Positions 1-11,474 of a stretch of 64,000 bases of DNA are shown piece after piece; within the stretch, counting starts at the first letter, position 1, and every line of letters begins with the position of its first letter. The notes under the pieces were generated by a model. The model saw only the letters and a program-made list of their open reading frames with translations. It searched no databases and had not been told where the DNA came from. A program made the translations under genes and the position numbers. Location: assembly GCA_009103225.1 (NCBI GenBank), contig RHPI01000401.1, forward strand, positions 149,455 to 213,454, written 5' to 3'. This DNA comes from Chlorokybus atmophyticus (taxonomy: Eukaryota; Plantae; Mesostigma and Chlorokybus algae).

Positions 1-428
1 CAAGCTTGCAAGCAACCTGCTCACCTTTCAACAGCTAAAATCAACTGGCAAACAGCACAGCAGAAGTGCAAGTGTCCTGGCACCACAGCAAGTGAGCAAC
101 CCAAGCTGTTGACTGTCAACAGAGACTGTCATGCAAGCAAGCAAGCATCCAAGCTTGCAAGCAACCTGCTCACCTTTCAACAGCTGAAATCAACTGGCAA
201 ACAGCACAGCAGAAGTGCAAGTGTCCTGGCACCACAGCAAGTGAGCAACCCAAGCTGTTGACTGTCAACAGAGACTGTCATGCAAGCAAGCAAGCATCCA
301 AGCTTGCAAGCAACCTGCTCACCTTTCAACAGCTGAAATCAACTGGCAAACAGCACAGCAGAAGTGCAAGTGTCCTGGCACCACAGCAAGTGAGCAACCC
401 AAGCTGTCGACTGTCAACAGGGACTGTC
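1..428. repeat. 149-bp tandem repeat, ~2.9 copies, running off the window start
   Basis: CAAGCTTGCAAGCAACC restarts at 1, 150 and 299; each unit carries two GACTGTC motifs. Confidence 0.95.
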
Positions 429-748
429 GGACCAGTGCCTTACATAAACAACCGCACAAGCCGCACAAGCGTTGTGAGTTCGCACAAGCCACACAAGCCG
501 CACAAGTAGCGCAACAATGCAACTCGCCAAGAGAGCGACGCGGCTGTCGGTAAGTTAGGGTTGAACTCGCCTAGGAATTGACGGCTGTCTGTGGGTTAGG
601 GTTGGCGGCGTACACAAGCGTTGCAAGACCTTTGGCATGGTTGTTGTTGTTGTTGAGCAAAGATTGGGGGTGAAGGGTTTGGTTCAGGGTGCTGTTGGGT
701 AGGCGTCGACAGTCTCTTGGCACGGTGGACAGTCTCAGGCAGTACACC

Positions 749-3700
749 ATGGCTCGAAGGAGGTCGTCCACAGCGCCGCAGTTTATATGGGGCTGCCTTT
801 ACTGTATGAACAACGTGCATGCTGGTCACCGTAATGCAGACGGCCAACTTGGCATGGGAGAGACCAAGCCCACGAAAATCGCACAGCACTGGAACGGTGC
901 TCTGTGCCGAATGATGCGCGTGCTCAGCAATAAGGGAGGGAGGGAGGACAAGGCTACACTCGAAAAGTTGGCAGAGGAAATCCAGCAATCCATCAGGGTA
1001 CGAACCCTCAGGCATTCTTGATCCAAGTTCTTGCAACATCCTGCCTGGACTGTCAATGATGTGCCTTGCGCGTGCGTACAGCGCATTGGCTCATGGTGCA
1101 GATACCTGACAGCCGTTGCTTGAATCCTGCGCATATCGGTTGTACTTGACAGCCGTTGCTTGAATCCTGCGCATATCGGTTGTAATACGAGTGCAACCGT
1201 CGTGTTCTTGGACTACTTGAAGTTTCGTGACATGTTTGAACGCACAATGCAACTCACCAGCAGCGGCGTGCTGCAGGATGAGCAACTGCCCCCTTACCCC
1301 AATCCCACAGTCCCAAACTTGAAGCACTGCAAGATGGCAGACATCAAGGCTATTCCAGGATATGTGAGTTGCTGAATTCGCACAGCAGCAATGAAACCAT
1401 ACTGCAACATGCGTACTAACCCTGCCATGTTTCAGACCAAAGAACTATACGAAGAAATGCAACAGCTGGCGGCTATGCATACATGGACACGCAGAGCAAC
1501 ACGATCTCGAGGAGTAGGAAGATCAAGAGGAGCAGGAGTAGCAGGAGAACCACAGGATGAGGACGAGGACGAGGACGAGGACGAGGACAAGGACGAGGAC
1601 AAGGAGGGTGCGACACCCAGTCCACCGAAGCGGAAACCCTCAAGGCGTCGCCAAGCCGCAGCAGTGGATTATGCAGCGGAATTCGCCAGTGCTCTTGAAG
1701 AGATGAACAAATTCCAGATGAAACGCTACCCCTCAACAGGTTCCAAAGCGCCACCCAAACTTTCTGCTGACTACTTGAGGGTGAGAACATATTATGACAG
1801 CCTATGCCAATGTAATGGTCTGTGTTTATCTTTGCGCTAGAGTCTGATGGTTACTTATCACTGCATTAAACAGACTGACCGGGAGATACCAAACCTCAAG
1901 CTCATCCATCGTAGCGCTGGAGACAAGCACCAGCTGTGGAGACTGGATAATGTGGAGGATGCAAGAGCATCCACACGCATCCCAGTCAACGAGCAGTTCA
2001 AGTATCTTACGCACAACTGGTTGATCAAGGACTCAACCATCACTGGTGCTGGACTGGGACTGTTTGCCTGCGAAGACATTCCAAACGGTACGTGCACGTG
2101 TGTGCGTGTGTATCTTTGTGTGCATGTCTCTCTGTGTACTCGCGGATCACTCATGACTTGTGCGCATCTGTGCAGAGGCTTACCTGTTGCCATATGACGG
2201 CAAATGGTTCAAGCAACAGGAGATGGAGGAGGTCTTGCATCGTTACCAGCAAATCAGCGACATCCGACACCACCGGCGATATCACGTCAACCTGTTTCCA
2301 CCAGATACACCAAGCCAATATCAGGTTGTCATCGACGGGCACCCCCGCACTGGCTGTGTAGCGGCTTACATCAATTCCGCACATGGGCACACTCAGCCCA
2401 ACGTCATGTTCTACTCGGACTTCGATGACGTAGGCCACCCAGCTGTCACTGTGTATGCGACTAGGGACATCAAGGCAGGGGAGGAGCTACTCTTGGACTA
2501 CACCCCTTTCCCTGCGCCACCAGACGGGCAGACAGACCAAGTAAGTGTGATTGCATTGCTGCATGCCCAGTTTGCATGCCTTGTTAGTGCGACTGTCAAT
2601 GCGAGACTGTCAATGACTCCACAACTGTGACACTGGAAGCTAACTTGCCTTCTTTGCTGGCAGACCCAACTGTGGCAAACGGAGGATGCGGCGCAGAGGC
2701 TTGCGAGAAGTTGGAAGTTGACCACGGAGGACGCTATGTGGTTGCTTACCAGCAAGCCACCAAGGCAGCTGGGCGAGAGTGACTTCGCATATTCCATGCG
2801 TTTGGTCCAGCGTGTCTTCAGCATGCCCAATGCGGACGCAAAGACAAGAATGGTGAGTTGTACTGACAGTCTTCCAACAATGACAGTCTCTTCGACAGTC
2901 TTATCGACAGTCTGTTGTTTTGCATTCCTGTCGCAGTGCACTTGCATGCACTGTGACATGTATGCTAACAACCAAGATCACGTGCATGTGTCAACAGATA
3001 GATTCTGAAGCCCATATTCAGCGTCAAATATCTGTTCATTTCTGTAAAGCGGTTTATGATGCTGCCTACGAAATGAAAGAGGCCGCAAACAGACAAGTCG
3101 ACGCCCTAAAACAAGTCATTAGGGAGTTAGACCTACGGATAGAACAAGAGAACGTGAGGGTACGTCAGCATGTGGTGCACCTTTCACTTCACACATCTGC
3201 TTAAACTGTTACCTGTTTTTGCAGGAAAAGGTCGCTGGTATCCAGAGAAAGACTGCCGAGATGCACAAAACTCGGACAGCAGCTATTGCTACCAGAGAGG
3301 GGGCTCTCACCAGGCAGGCGACAGCATTGGCACTGAAGGGGGAGGACTGGGAAAAGGATTGGGAGAGAAAGATCCGGGGTATGCTGCAGAAGGGCTTCAA
3401 GGAGTCCAGAAAGGAATGGCTTGACGAACTCAAGCGGGACATTGTGCGTACACTTGTAAAAGAGCAGAGCGAAGCTGACACACGGGCGGAGGCACAAGCT
3501 GCAGCATCTTTATTGGTGGCGATCAACAACCCTGATACTCCCCATTCACACGACGATCATCTCCATCAGTTGAGAGTGCCCTTGCACCCCGCACCTCCAC
3601 CACTGAAGACCTGGCTGGAGAGACAAGCTGAGCATGAAAATCCTCCACCTGACACTCCACCTCCCCACAGTCCTAAGGACAGTCCACCTTATGACAGTCG

Positions 3701-5951
3701 CGCGGACAGTCCACCAGCCGACAGTCCACCTCACCACAGTCCACCTCACGACAGTCTCCATGACAGTCCCCGTCCATCTGCCAAGAGAAAGAGAGAGAGA
3801 ACAAGTGCCCCCATGTCTACACCCCCAGCTGAGAAGAAACGTCCCCTTCAGCCAGACACTCCTGCACGGCCAACTCCACCAGCTGTGCGGCCACAAGCTG
3901 AAGAGGAGGCTCTAGCAGCAGCGCGTGATACAATTGAAGGTTTCAAGAAGGCCCACGAGGAGCACCGCAAGGCCGTCAATGACGCATCGAAATTGAGCGA
4001 GGAAGTGGCAAACGCTGTGGAGATTTCTGCAGAACAGCTGTCATTCGCCCTCGGGCTTACAAGACAAGCATTGGTGAGAATAATTGCATCGCGTACAGTC
4101 TTTGTGGAAGAAGGGGGGGGGGGGCTTTGATAATCTGTTGTGGCCTCTGTACTTGATGTCTATGTGCGACAGCAAGGACAAGAGCGCGTTCTTGCAACTC
4201 GTGACAACCTGCAGACCAGCCTAGTCAGTGTGAACGAGGCGCGCAAGCAGTATTACCAGCGTACTCTTGACCTTGAAGTAGCGGAGTCGCAGCAACAGGT
4301 TGCAATCCTTCGCAAGGAGTTACAGGAGACGCAACAGAGGGCTGCAGATGCCAACGCTGAGGTCGCCCGGGTGCGCAAGGAGTTGGAGGAGACGATAAAG
4401 ACAGCATCAAGAACAAATGATGAGTTCAACCTACTCTTAGCCGAGCTGCGCAAGAGGTTCCAGGAGTCGGAGCAGAGGGCTGGGGCATCAGATGCTGTTA
4501 TTGCCAAGCTGCGCAATGATTTGGAGGAGACGGAGCAGAGGGCTGCATTAACCGATGCTGAGGTCAACAATGTGCGCAAGGATTTGGAGCATGCGGAGCA
4601 GAGGGCTGCAGCTTCCAACTCTGAGGTCGCCAAGCTACAAAAGGAATTGGCGGAGTTGCAGCAGAGGGCTGCCGCTTCCAACTCTCAGGTGGACAACCTG
4701 CGCAAGGAGAGGGAGGAGTTGCAGCAGAGGGCTGCAACCACCGATGCTGAGGTCGCCAAACTGCAAGAGGAGTTGGCTACAGCACTTGAAGCCGCCAAGG
4801 AGCGTGCGGCATCAATCGACGCCCAGATTCGCGGCCTCGAATTGCAAAACTTTGATTTGCAATCGCGCATGCTGGCAATGGCCTCCAGCTCCTCTGCGGG
4901 CGCCAAGATTGGGGAAGAGATGGAGAGTTCTCGGCAGCGCATTCGCCAGCTGGAGCAGGAGGTAGCACAGCAAGCGGCGAGGCAGTCAGCATCAGAGGCC
5001 GTTGGAGGGGCTGTCGATGCAGCGGCTGTCGATGCCGCGACAAGAAGAGCCAATGAAGCAGAGCGGCAGCTGGCAGAGGCGCAAACCCGCTATCAAGAGT
5101 TGGAGCAGAGGCTGGCTGCAGTGCCTTCAACATCAGAGGCTGTCGGAGGGGCTATCGACCCATGCGTTGACGAAAAGCTGAATGAAGCGCTAGCAGGTGC
5201 AGAAGCTTTAGACAAGCAGGTGAGAGACCTCAAAGAACAGCTGGACAAGCAGGTGGCAGATCACAGAGCACAGCTCCAGCAGGTAGCACAGGATCGTGTG
5301 CAGTACCTCGTCGGCAGAATCAGGGAGTGGGCGCGTGAGGTCTCCAACCAATTTTTTGCTCTGCGAAACTACGAACGTACAATAGTGTTGGGCCGTTTGC
5401 CAAACACTCAGCTCTTTGACGATTGGCCACAAAGATTTCGGGAGGACCCAGTCAAATGGCCGGGTATCTTCATACGGCGTGCAGCTCAAATCAGGCAGGC
5501 GTGGCAGCAATCACAACGGAGTGCCATTCCATTCACTGGCTTTCAACAAGGTGCCAGTGGGTTCTGGGACTTCTACAGGAACGCCGAGTCGCACTACACT
5601 GGCATCTTGCAGGAACCCAAAATCACAAGGCGCGCTACCCTAATTTCCATGTTTGACGTAATGGTTGTCATGCTATCAACGTTTGTGCACCACCTCCGTG
5701 AACTTGACGAAGGGATGGCTTCACTTCGAGGACCAGCGGCAGCGCCATTGTATCAGCTACAGCGTCCAATGGACTATGCCGCTGCATGGGCGTGGTTGCA
5801 AACCCCCGCAGGTGTATCAGCCCTCAGCAGCTACCGCGCTCAGTGCTCCATACCAAGACCTCCTCGTCCTCCTCCTCCTCCTCCTCCTCCTGCTGCTGGT
5901 GCTGCTGCTGGTCCTCCTCGTCCTCCACCTCCTCCTCCTGATGCTGGTTGA
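749..5951 (+). CDS. SET-domain plus coiled-coil protein, nine exons, ~1468 aa; frameshifted in this copy by a 40-bp duplication in exon 2
   Basis: Exons 749-997, 1102-1363, 1436-1780, 1841-2087, 2176-2540, 2664-2852, 2998-3159, 3225-4073, 4173-5951. All introns are GT-AG and phase-consistent once the duplication is removed, and several have CTAAC branch points. SET motifs: STITGAGLGLFACEDIPNG, AAYINSA, PNV, VYATRDIKAGEELLLDY. Confidence 0.82.
1107..1186. repeat. 40-bp tandem duplication inside exon 2 of the SET gene
   Basis: TGACAGCCGTTGCTTGAATCCTGCGCATATCGGTTGTA starts at 1107 and 1147. Confidence 0.95.
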
Positions 5952-5971
5952 TGTTTCCCTGGTTTATAGCT

Positions 5972-6960
5972 TTAGTGTAAGTTGCCTAGCAGTTGGCCTT
6001 TGCGCGCTGCAAGTAGATCTGCTGGTACGCTTGACCCTTCCTTGTGTACATAATCTGTGAAATGTACAAGTGTGTTACTCACAGTAACCAATGCGTGCTT
6101 AGTAATGCCTTGTGTAATGCCTTGTGCCAAAAACACACACTGATAGTGTTGTTACCCGACAGTCCTAGGGACAGCCGACTGTCCATGGGACTGTCAAGGA
6201 ACAACACTGATGAGACAAGTGATGCGTACCTGCCTCAGCCTCGCCTGCTTTGTAGTACATGATGTGCCTGTCGTAAAACATACGCGCAACCTCAGTTGTC
6301 GGCTGCTCTTGCCATCTGCCTTGATCAACTTGCTGCCAGTTGAGCTTCCTCTTGACCGCAATAGGTGACACCTGTTGGTTGCGACAGTCCTTATTGACCA
6401 CCCACCGTGGTAGGCCTTGGCGAGCACTCGCTGATCTAGGAGCAGGCTTCAGGTAGTCAACCAACATGTTGCCTTCATCGTCAACTTGAGGCTGTCGAAC
6501 AATAACAATCCATAGCGGTGGATCATCAGATACAGGTGCTGGTGGGTCAGTTGGCACGCGAAAGTCAAAGACCGACTTCTTCTCATCCTCATGTCTCACA
6601 AGCAGCACATCCCCGGTTTCAGGCCATACTGGCAGAGGTATATCAGCTGCTCGCAATCGCAGCTCTGGGTTGCTGAAATCGTAAGCCAGCATGTAGGGGA
6701 GCAGCCTTGGTCTCTCCGTCAGCATCCACACTTTGCGCAGCAGCTGGTGGCCTCGGACAAGAATGTTGGTGTTTTCCAAACGCCCCACATGCAAGGCACC
6801 GGAGTCTGCGTCCATGCATTGATTTCCAGCAGCATCTTTTTGCAGGCTGTAGCGGTTGACAGCAATGTACACATGGCACTCGGTGTGAAAGAACATGAAG
6901 ATTTTGTTGACGATGGCTGGCCTGTTTCCATCCAGCATCACAGCATCCTTGCAGTCGCGC
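5972..6960 (-). CDS. Second copy of the last two transposase exons (6960-6230 and 6054-5972), empty-site version without the Copia
   Basis: 6016-6980 closely matches 11475-12438 with scattered SNPs and a small indel. The last exon reads ..YVHKEGSSVPADLLAARKGQLLGNLH* with TAA at 5974-5972. Confidence 0.85.
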
Positions 6961-6980
6961 CTGTGTGTGAGAGAGAGAGA

Positions 6981-7119
6981 NNNNNNNNNNNNNNNNNNNN
7001 NNNNNNNNNNNNNNNNNNNNNNNNNNNNNNNNNNNNNNNNNNNNNNNNNNNNNNNNNNNNNNNNNNNNNNNNNNNNNNNNNNNNNNNNNNNNNNNNNNNN
7101 NNNNNNNNNNNNNNNNNNN
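6981..7119. other. Assembly gap (139 N)
   Basis: N run following a (GA)n microsatellite. Confidence 1.
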
Positions 7120-10100
7120 GTGTTGCAGTACTGGAACTCCACCTCCTTCCTTGTGACTCTGTCACGCACAAAGTGATGCATGACATCAATGTGCTTCGTC
7201 CTTGCCGAGGCGATAGGGTGCTTCAACAACTTGATGGCTCCTTGGTTGTCACAGTTGATGACGATGCACGCCATGGGGTGCTTCAAGTCTGCCATGAGCT
7301 TGCAAAGCCAGAGTGCCTCCTTCACTGCTGCTGCCGCTGCCATGTACTCAGCCTCTGATGTAGATGCTGCTGTTGTTGGCTGCAGCCTGCTGTTCCAGCT
7401 CACCACGCCTCCGTTCAGCTTGAAGACGTAGCCTGTAGTGGACCTCCTGCTGTTGAGGTCACCAGCAAAGTCCGAGTCGCAGTAGCCCTCCAACTCAGTG
7501 CTCCCGCTCCCAAACTTGATGCCAACTGTTGCGCTCCCAGCAACATAGCGTAGTACTCCCTTTGCTGCTCTCCAGTGCTCCATGCTCGGTGCAGACATGT
7601 AGCGAGCAAGTACTCCCACAGCATGTGCAACATCGGGACGTGTGCACACTGCCAGATAGAGCATGCTGCCTACCAGCTCACCATATGGATACTGAGCCTT
7701 GTCGAGTACCTCCTCAACCTTTGCCTTGATGAGGGCAGTGCCAAGTGCCAACGGTGTGGTCTTGGTCTTCGCTTCAGTGAGCCCAAACTTGGTGACGAGT
7801 CTTCTCACCATCTGCTCCTGACTGATCTTGATTGTGCGAGCCGCCCTGTCGCGCTCAATCACCATGCCAAGGAACCACTTGGCCTCTCCAAGATCACGAA
7901 CTGAGAATGCTTGCTGTAGAGCAAGTTTTGTCTCCTGCAGGTGGTGCACCTGCCTGGCGACGATGATGATGTCATCAACATACACGAGCAGCCAGACCTT
8001 GTTGTCTGCATTGATGAAGAGCCTAGGGTCTGCAGAGGATGCGGTGAAGCCAAGTGCCTCCAGCTCCTTGGTGAGCTTGATGTGCCACATACGCGGTGCC
8101 TGTCGCAGCCCGTACAGTGCCTTGATCAGCTTGCACGCTGTGCCTCTCTCCCCTTCTTCATATCCAGGTGGTTGCTCGATGAAGATCTCCTCCTCCAGCT
8201 CTCCGTAGAGGAAGGCAGTCTTCACATCCAGGTGATGCAGCTCTAGGTCTTCAGCAGCAACCATAGCTAGCAGTGCACGGAAGGTGGTATGCTTACTTGC
8301 AGGTGCAAACACTTCGTTGAAGTCCACACCTTCCTGCTGCAAGAAGCCCTTTGCCACCAGTCTTGCCTTGTAGCGCTCAATGTTGCCCTGACCATCACGC
8401 TTCACCTTGAAGACCCATTTCACTGGAATGGTCTTCACTCCTTGCGGTAACTGCTCCAGTGACCAAGTGTTGTTGGCATGGAGTGACGCAATCTCCTCGT
8501 CCATAGCACGCTGCCATTGCTCCGCATCTGGTGCTAACAATGCCTCCTCGTAGGTGCTTGGCTCCTCATTCTGCACACTGGCGACGTGTGCCTTGTGTAA
8601 GAAGTCAGGTGCCTTTCTCTCCCTCACTGGGTATCTCCGAGCTGCGTGCTCCTGCTGTTGGTACGGCTCCTCTTGGCCTGCTACAGCTGAGTCCTGCTCA
8701 CCCTTGTTATTGATGATGGCCTTGCCTGTAGCCTCCACTGTTTCAGGATGCTCCGGCTGTGCTTCATCTTCAGGAAAGAAGCCTGCTTCTGGTTGTGATA
8801 ATCCCTCGTGGAAAACCACCTCTCTGCTCACAATGATCTTCTGAGTGTCCTCGAGCAAGATCCTGTAAGCCTTGGAACCCGGTTCATAGCCAACGAAGAT
8901 GCCCTTCTTGCTGACCGGCTCCAGCTTGTGCCTGAGCTGTTTAGGCACTAGTGCATATGCCGTGCATCCAAACACACGCATACCACTCACATCTGGTGTG
9001 GCTCCATAGAAGTGCTCCCACGGAGTCTTCTGCTCTGAGCTCACCGGAGACCTGTTGCGGATGTAGTTGGCAGTGAGTACCGCCTCCTTCCACAGACTGT
9101 CTTCCATCTTTGTGTCGTTGAGCATGGCTCGAACACGCTCCAAGAGTGTCCTGTTGAGGCGTTCAGCTGCTCCATTCTGCTGCGGTGTGTAGGGTGCAGT
9201 TGTCTCGTGGCGTATGCCCTTGCTGGCGAAGAACTCCTTCAACTCCTTGTTGATGTACTCCCCTCCTCGATCACTCCTCATTGCCTTCATCTTGTTGCCA
9301 GACTGGGTCTCCAACAAGGCCACAACTGTGCGCACAGCTCCAGCAACTTCTGACTTGAGCGTCAATGGAAAGATGATGGACAGCTTGCTGTAGTCGTCGA
9401 GGAATGTAGCAAAGTACCTGGCCCCTCCCTTCGCCACAATGCGCATAGGGCCACAGACATCCATGTGCACAAGCTCGCAAGGATGCTGACTGCTAGAAGA
9501 GGATGATGGGAATGGCATAGCATGCTGCTTTGCAACCAGGCATGGTTCACAAAGTGCACCTGATGCTGTCTTGAGTTCTTCTGTGCTGAGATGGATGCCC
9601 TTGACCATCTTCTCAGCGACAAGGCGAGTGAGGTTGACGTAGCTGAGATGCCCGAACCTTCGATGCCACAATGTTGGCGACTCCTTGTCCTTCACCACCA
9701 TGGCTTGAATGTCTCTGTCTTGAGGCTGCTCCACGTGGTAGAGCCCTCCCGGATCAGCGATTCCAACCATGTGCACGACCCCATCAAGGATGACTGAGCA
9801 GCCACCCTTCCGAAATAGGATCTCCGCGCCTAAGCGCTCCGCAACCCTCACAGAGAATAGACTCGCAATAGCCTTAGGAACATGCAGGACGTTGCGTAAC
9901 AACACCTCGCGTAGTGTGTTACCAACCTTGCACTGGAGTCGTACGTTGCCAACTCCCTCAGCCACCAGTACTTCGCCACCGAAGCCCGCCACCTTGATTG
10001 TGGACGTCAGCTTCCTGTAGCCCTCCATCACCTCCTTGTTTGGTGTGAGATGCCGATCGCAGCCAGAGTCCACCACCCAGAAAGCTGTGCCCGCCCTCGA

Positions 10101-10922
10101 ACTGGATGCAGTGAAGGCGACATGTTTCTCCTTGTGTTGGTGCTCGTTGCCGCTGTTGCTGGTGCTTGCTCTAGGTTGCCCCTGTTGTTTCTTCCTACAG
10201 TCCTTCACAATGTGCCCCTTCCAACCACACCAGTGGCATGTGAGGTCTTTGTGACGAGGATTGCCTGGCTTGTTGCCCTTGTACTTCTCTTCATGGTTGC
10301 TCTTCTTTGCGTGCTTGCCGGTGTAGAAGGCGACGGCATCCGCTTGCTCGTCCTTCTTCACAACCCTCTGCTCCACGGTGAGCAGCTTCGGTAGCACATC
10401 GTCCAACGTCAACTCCGATGATGACGTCTCCAGCAGGGTTGCGACGACCTCGTACTCTGCTGGTAGCCCTGCAAAAATGGCCAGCACTACCTCCGTCTCC
10501 CCCATGTTGTGGCCGACATTGATGAGATCCGCCCACAGCTCTCTCGCGCGCGCAACATACTTTGTGATGGGTTCGGCTGCCTCCTTTCTGAGTGCGCTGA
10601 GCTGCTTGCGTAGATGCAACTTTCTGGCATTGTTCTTGGCTCTGAAAACGGCTGATAGCTTTTCCCAAGCTTGTCTACCATCTTCACATGCAGTGAGCAT
10701 GGGAAAGTGATGCGGTTTGCTGTTCAACACAAGCAAAGAGTGTGCTTCTGCTGAATGCTCTGACCACACAGTGTTTGCTCCTGGTGGTGGTGGTGGTGCC
10801 TTCGGATCAACGTACTTCCAGACCTTCTTGTGGATGAGCAAGGCCTTCATCTCCACGCACCATGTGTTGTAGTTGTCAGTGTCCAGCTTTGCAATCTGCC
10901 CCTTGTCGTAGGTCGCCTCCAT
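7120..10922 (-). CDS. Copia Gag-Pol polyprotein (Gag, zinc knuckle, protease, integrase, RT, RNase H), cut off by the gap
   Basis: CHWCGWKGHIVKDC; WVVDSGCDRH; HMDVCGP..RSDRGGEY..NGAAERLNR; HLDVKTAFL; LVYVDDII; GYCDSDFAGD. No stops from the ATG at 10922 to the gap. Confidence 0.97.
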
Positions 10923-11036
10923 CTTTGTCGAGCCTGCCTTTCTTGCAGTTGACACCCAAGGCTCTGCTACCAACAAGCTACCGTAGTGTAGAACTACTAT
11001 GCACACAAGCTAGTCTCACACTCCTCAAGCGTAGTG

Positions 11037-11049
11037 TGGGCCCATAACC
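11037..11049 (-). other. Primer-binding site GGTTATGGGCCCA (internal half of initiator tRNA-Met)
   Basis: Directly abuts the LTR end ..CAACA; complementary to the anticodon-arm TGGGCCCATAACC of plant tRNA-iMet. Confidence 0.9.
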
Positions 11050-11474
11050 TGTTGAAGGACTAGCATGCACATGTAGCTGAGGCAAGCATGGATACACACG
11101 GACAGAGCTACCGCCACCAGAGCATACACAAGTCACATCACATTCATCTATTACAAGTTGTCCGCTGGTTCTTATACCAGCCAGTTACACACACGTCTAC
11201 GTTTGCAAGCACTGCGTAAGCTATACTCAGCCTTTTGACGCGCTCTAAGCTGCGTTGTCTTTCTTACAACCAGAGCTTTCCAACAAGCTCTCACACGCCT
11301 AATATGAGTAAGTATACGCGGAGATACGAAGCAGTTAGTAAGGCTCCAGTCTGGAGTCCGGAGTCTGGTCCGACGATGCCATCTTGCTAAGTCCGGACCT
11401 AATGCTCGTCCTTACGACCTTCTACTCCTGTATGGAGGGTCGATGCTGATCGTATGTAGGAATGACTCTCAACA
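11050..11474 (-). repeat. 5' LTR of the Copia element (425 bp)
   Basis: Inverted ends TGTTGA/TCAACA. Host transposase sequence resumes exactly at 11475 (GATCT..). Confidence 0.9.

Larger units (their letters stand above)
7120..11474 (-). mobile_element. Ty1/Copia LTR retrotransposon; 3' end and 3' LTR lost in the gap
   Basis: Intact gag-pol ORF, PBS and one LTR bounded by TGTTGA...TCAACA. Confidence 0.97.

Noticed and set aside
555-601. TTAGGG motifs as telomeric or interstitial telomere sequence
   Set aside because: Only two isolated copies; at most telobox-like promoter motifs.
3219-5951. Two separate ORFs with a poly-G frameshift near 4115
   Set aside because: A GT-AG intron at 4074-4172 joins them in frame, and the poly-G is intronic.
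6165-11006. 1613-aa ORF suggesting a Copia polyprotein with a novel C-terminal extension
   Set aside because: It is a chimera read through the N gap: Copia pol joined to an intron tail and exon 5 of the CACTA transposase.
11355-11368. AGTCCGGAGTCTGG shared between the two Copia LTR types (also 19758-19771)
   Set aside because: Only 14 bp, and in opposite orientation relative to the elements; not interpretable.
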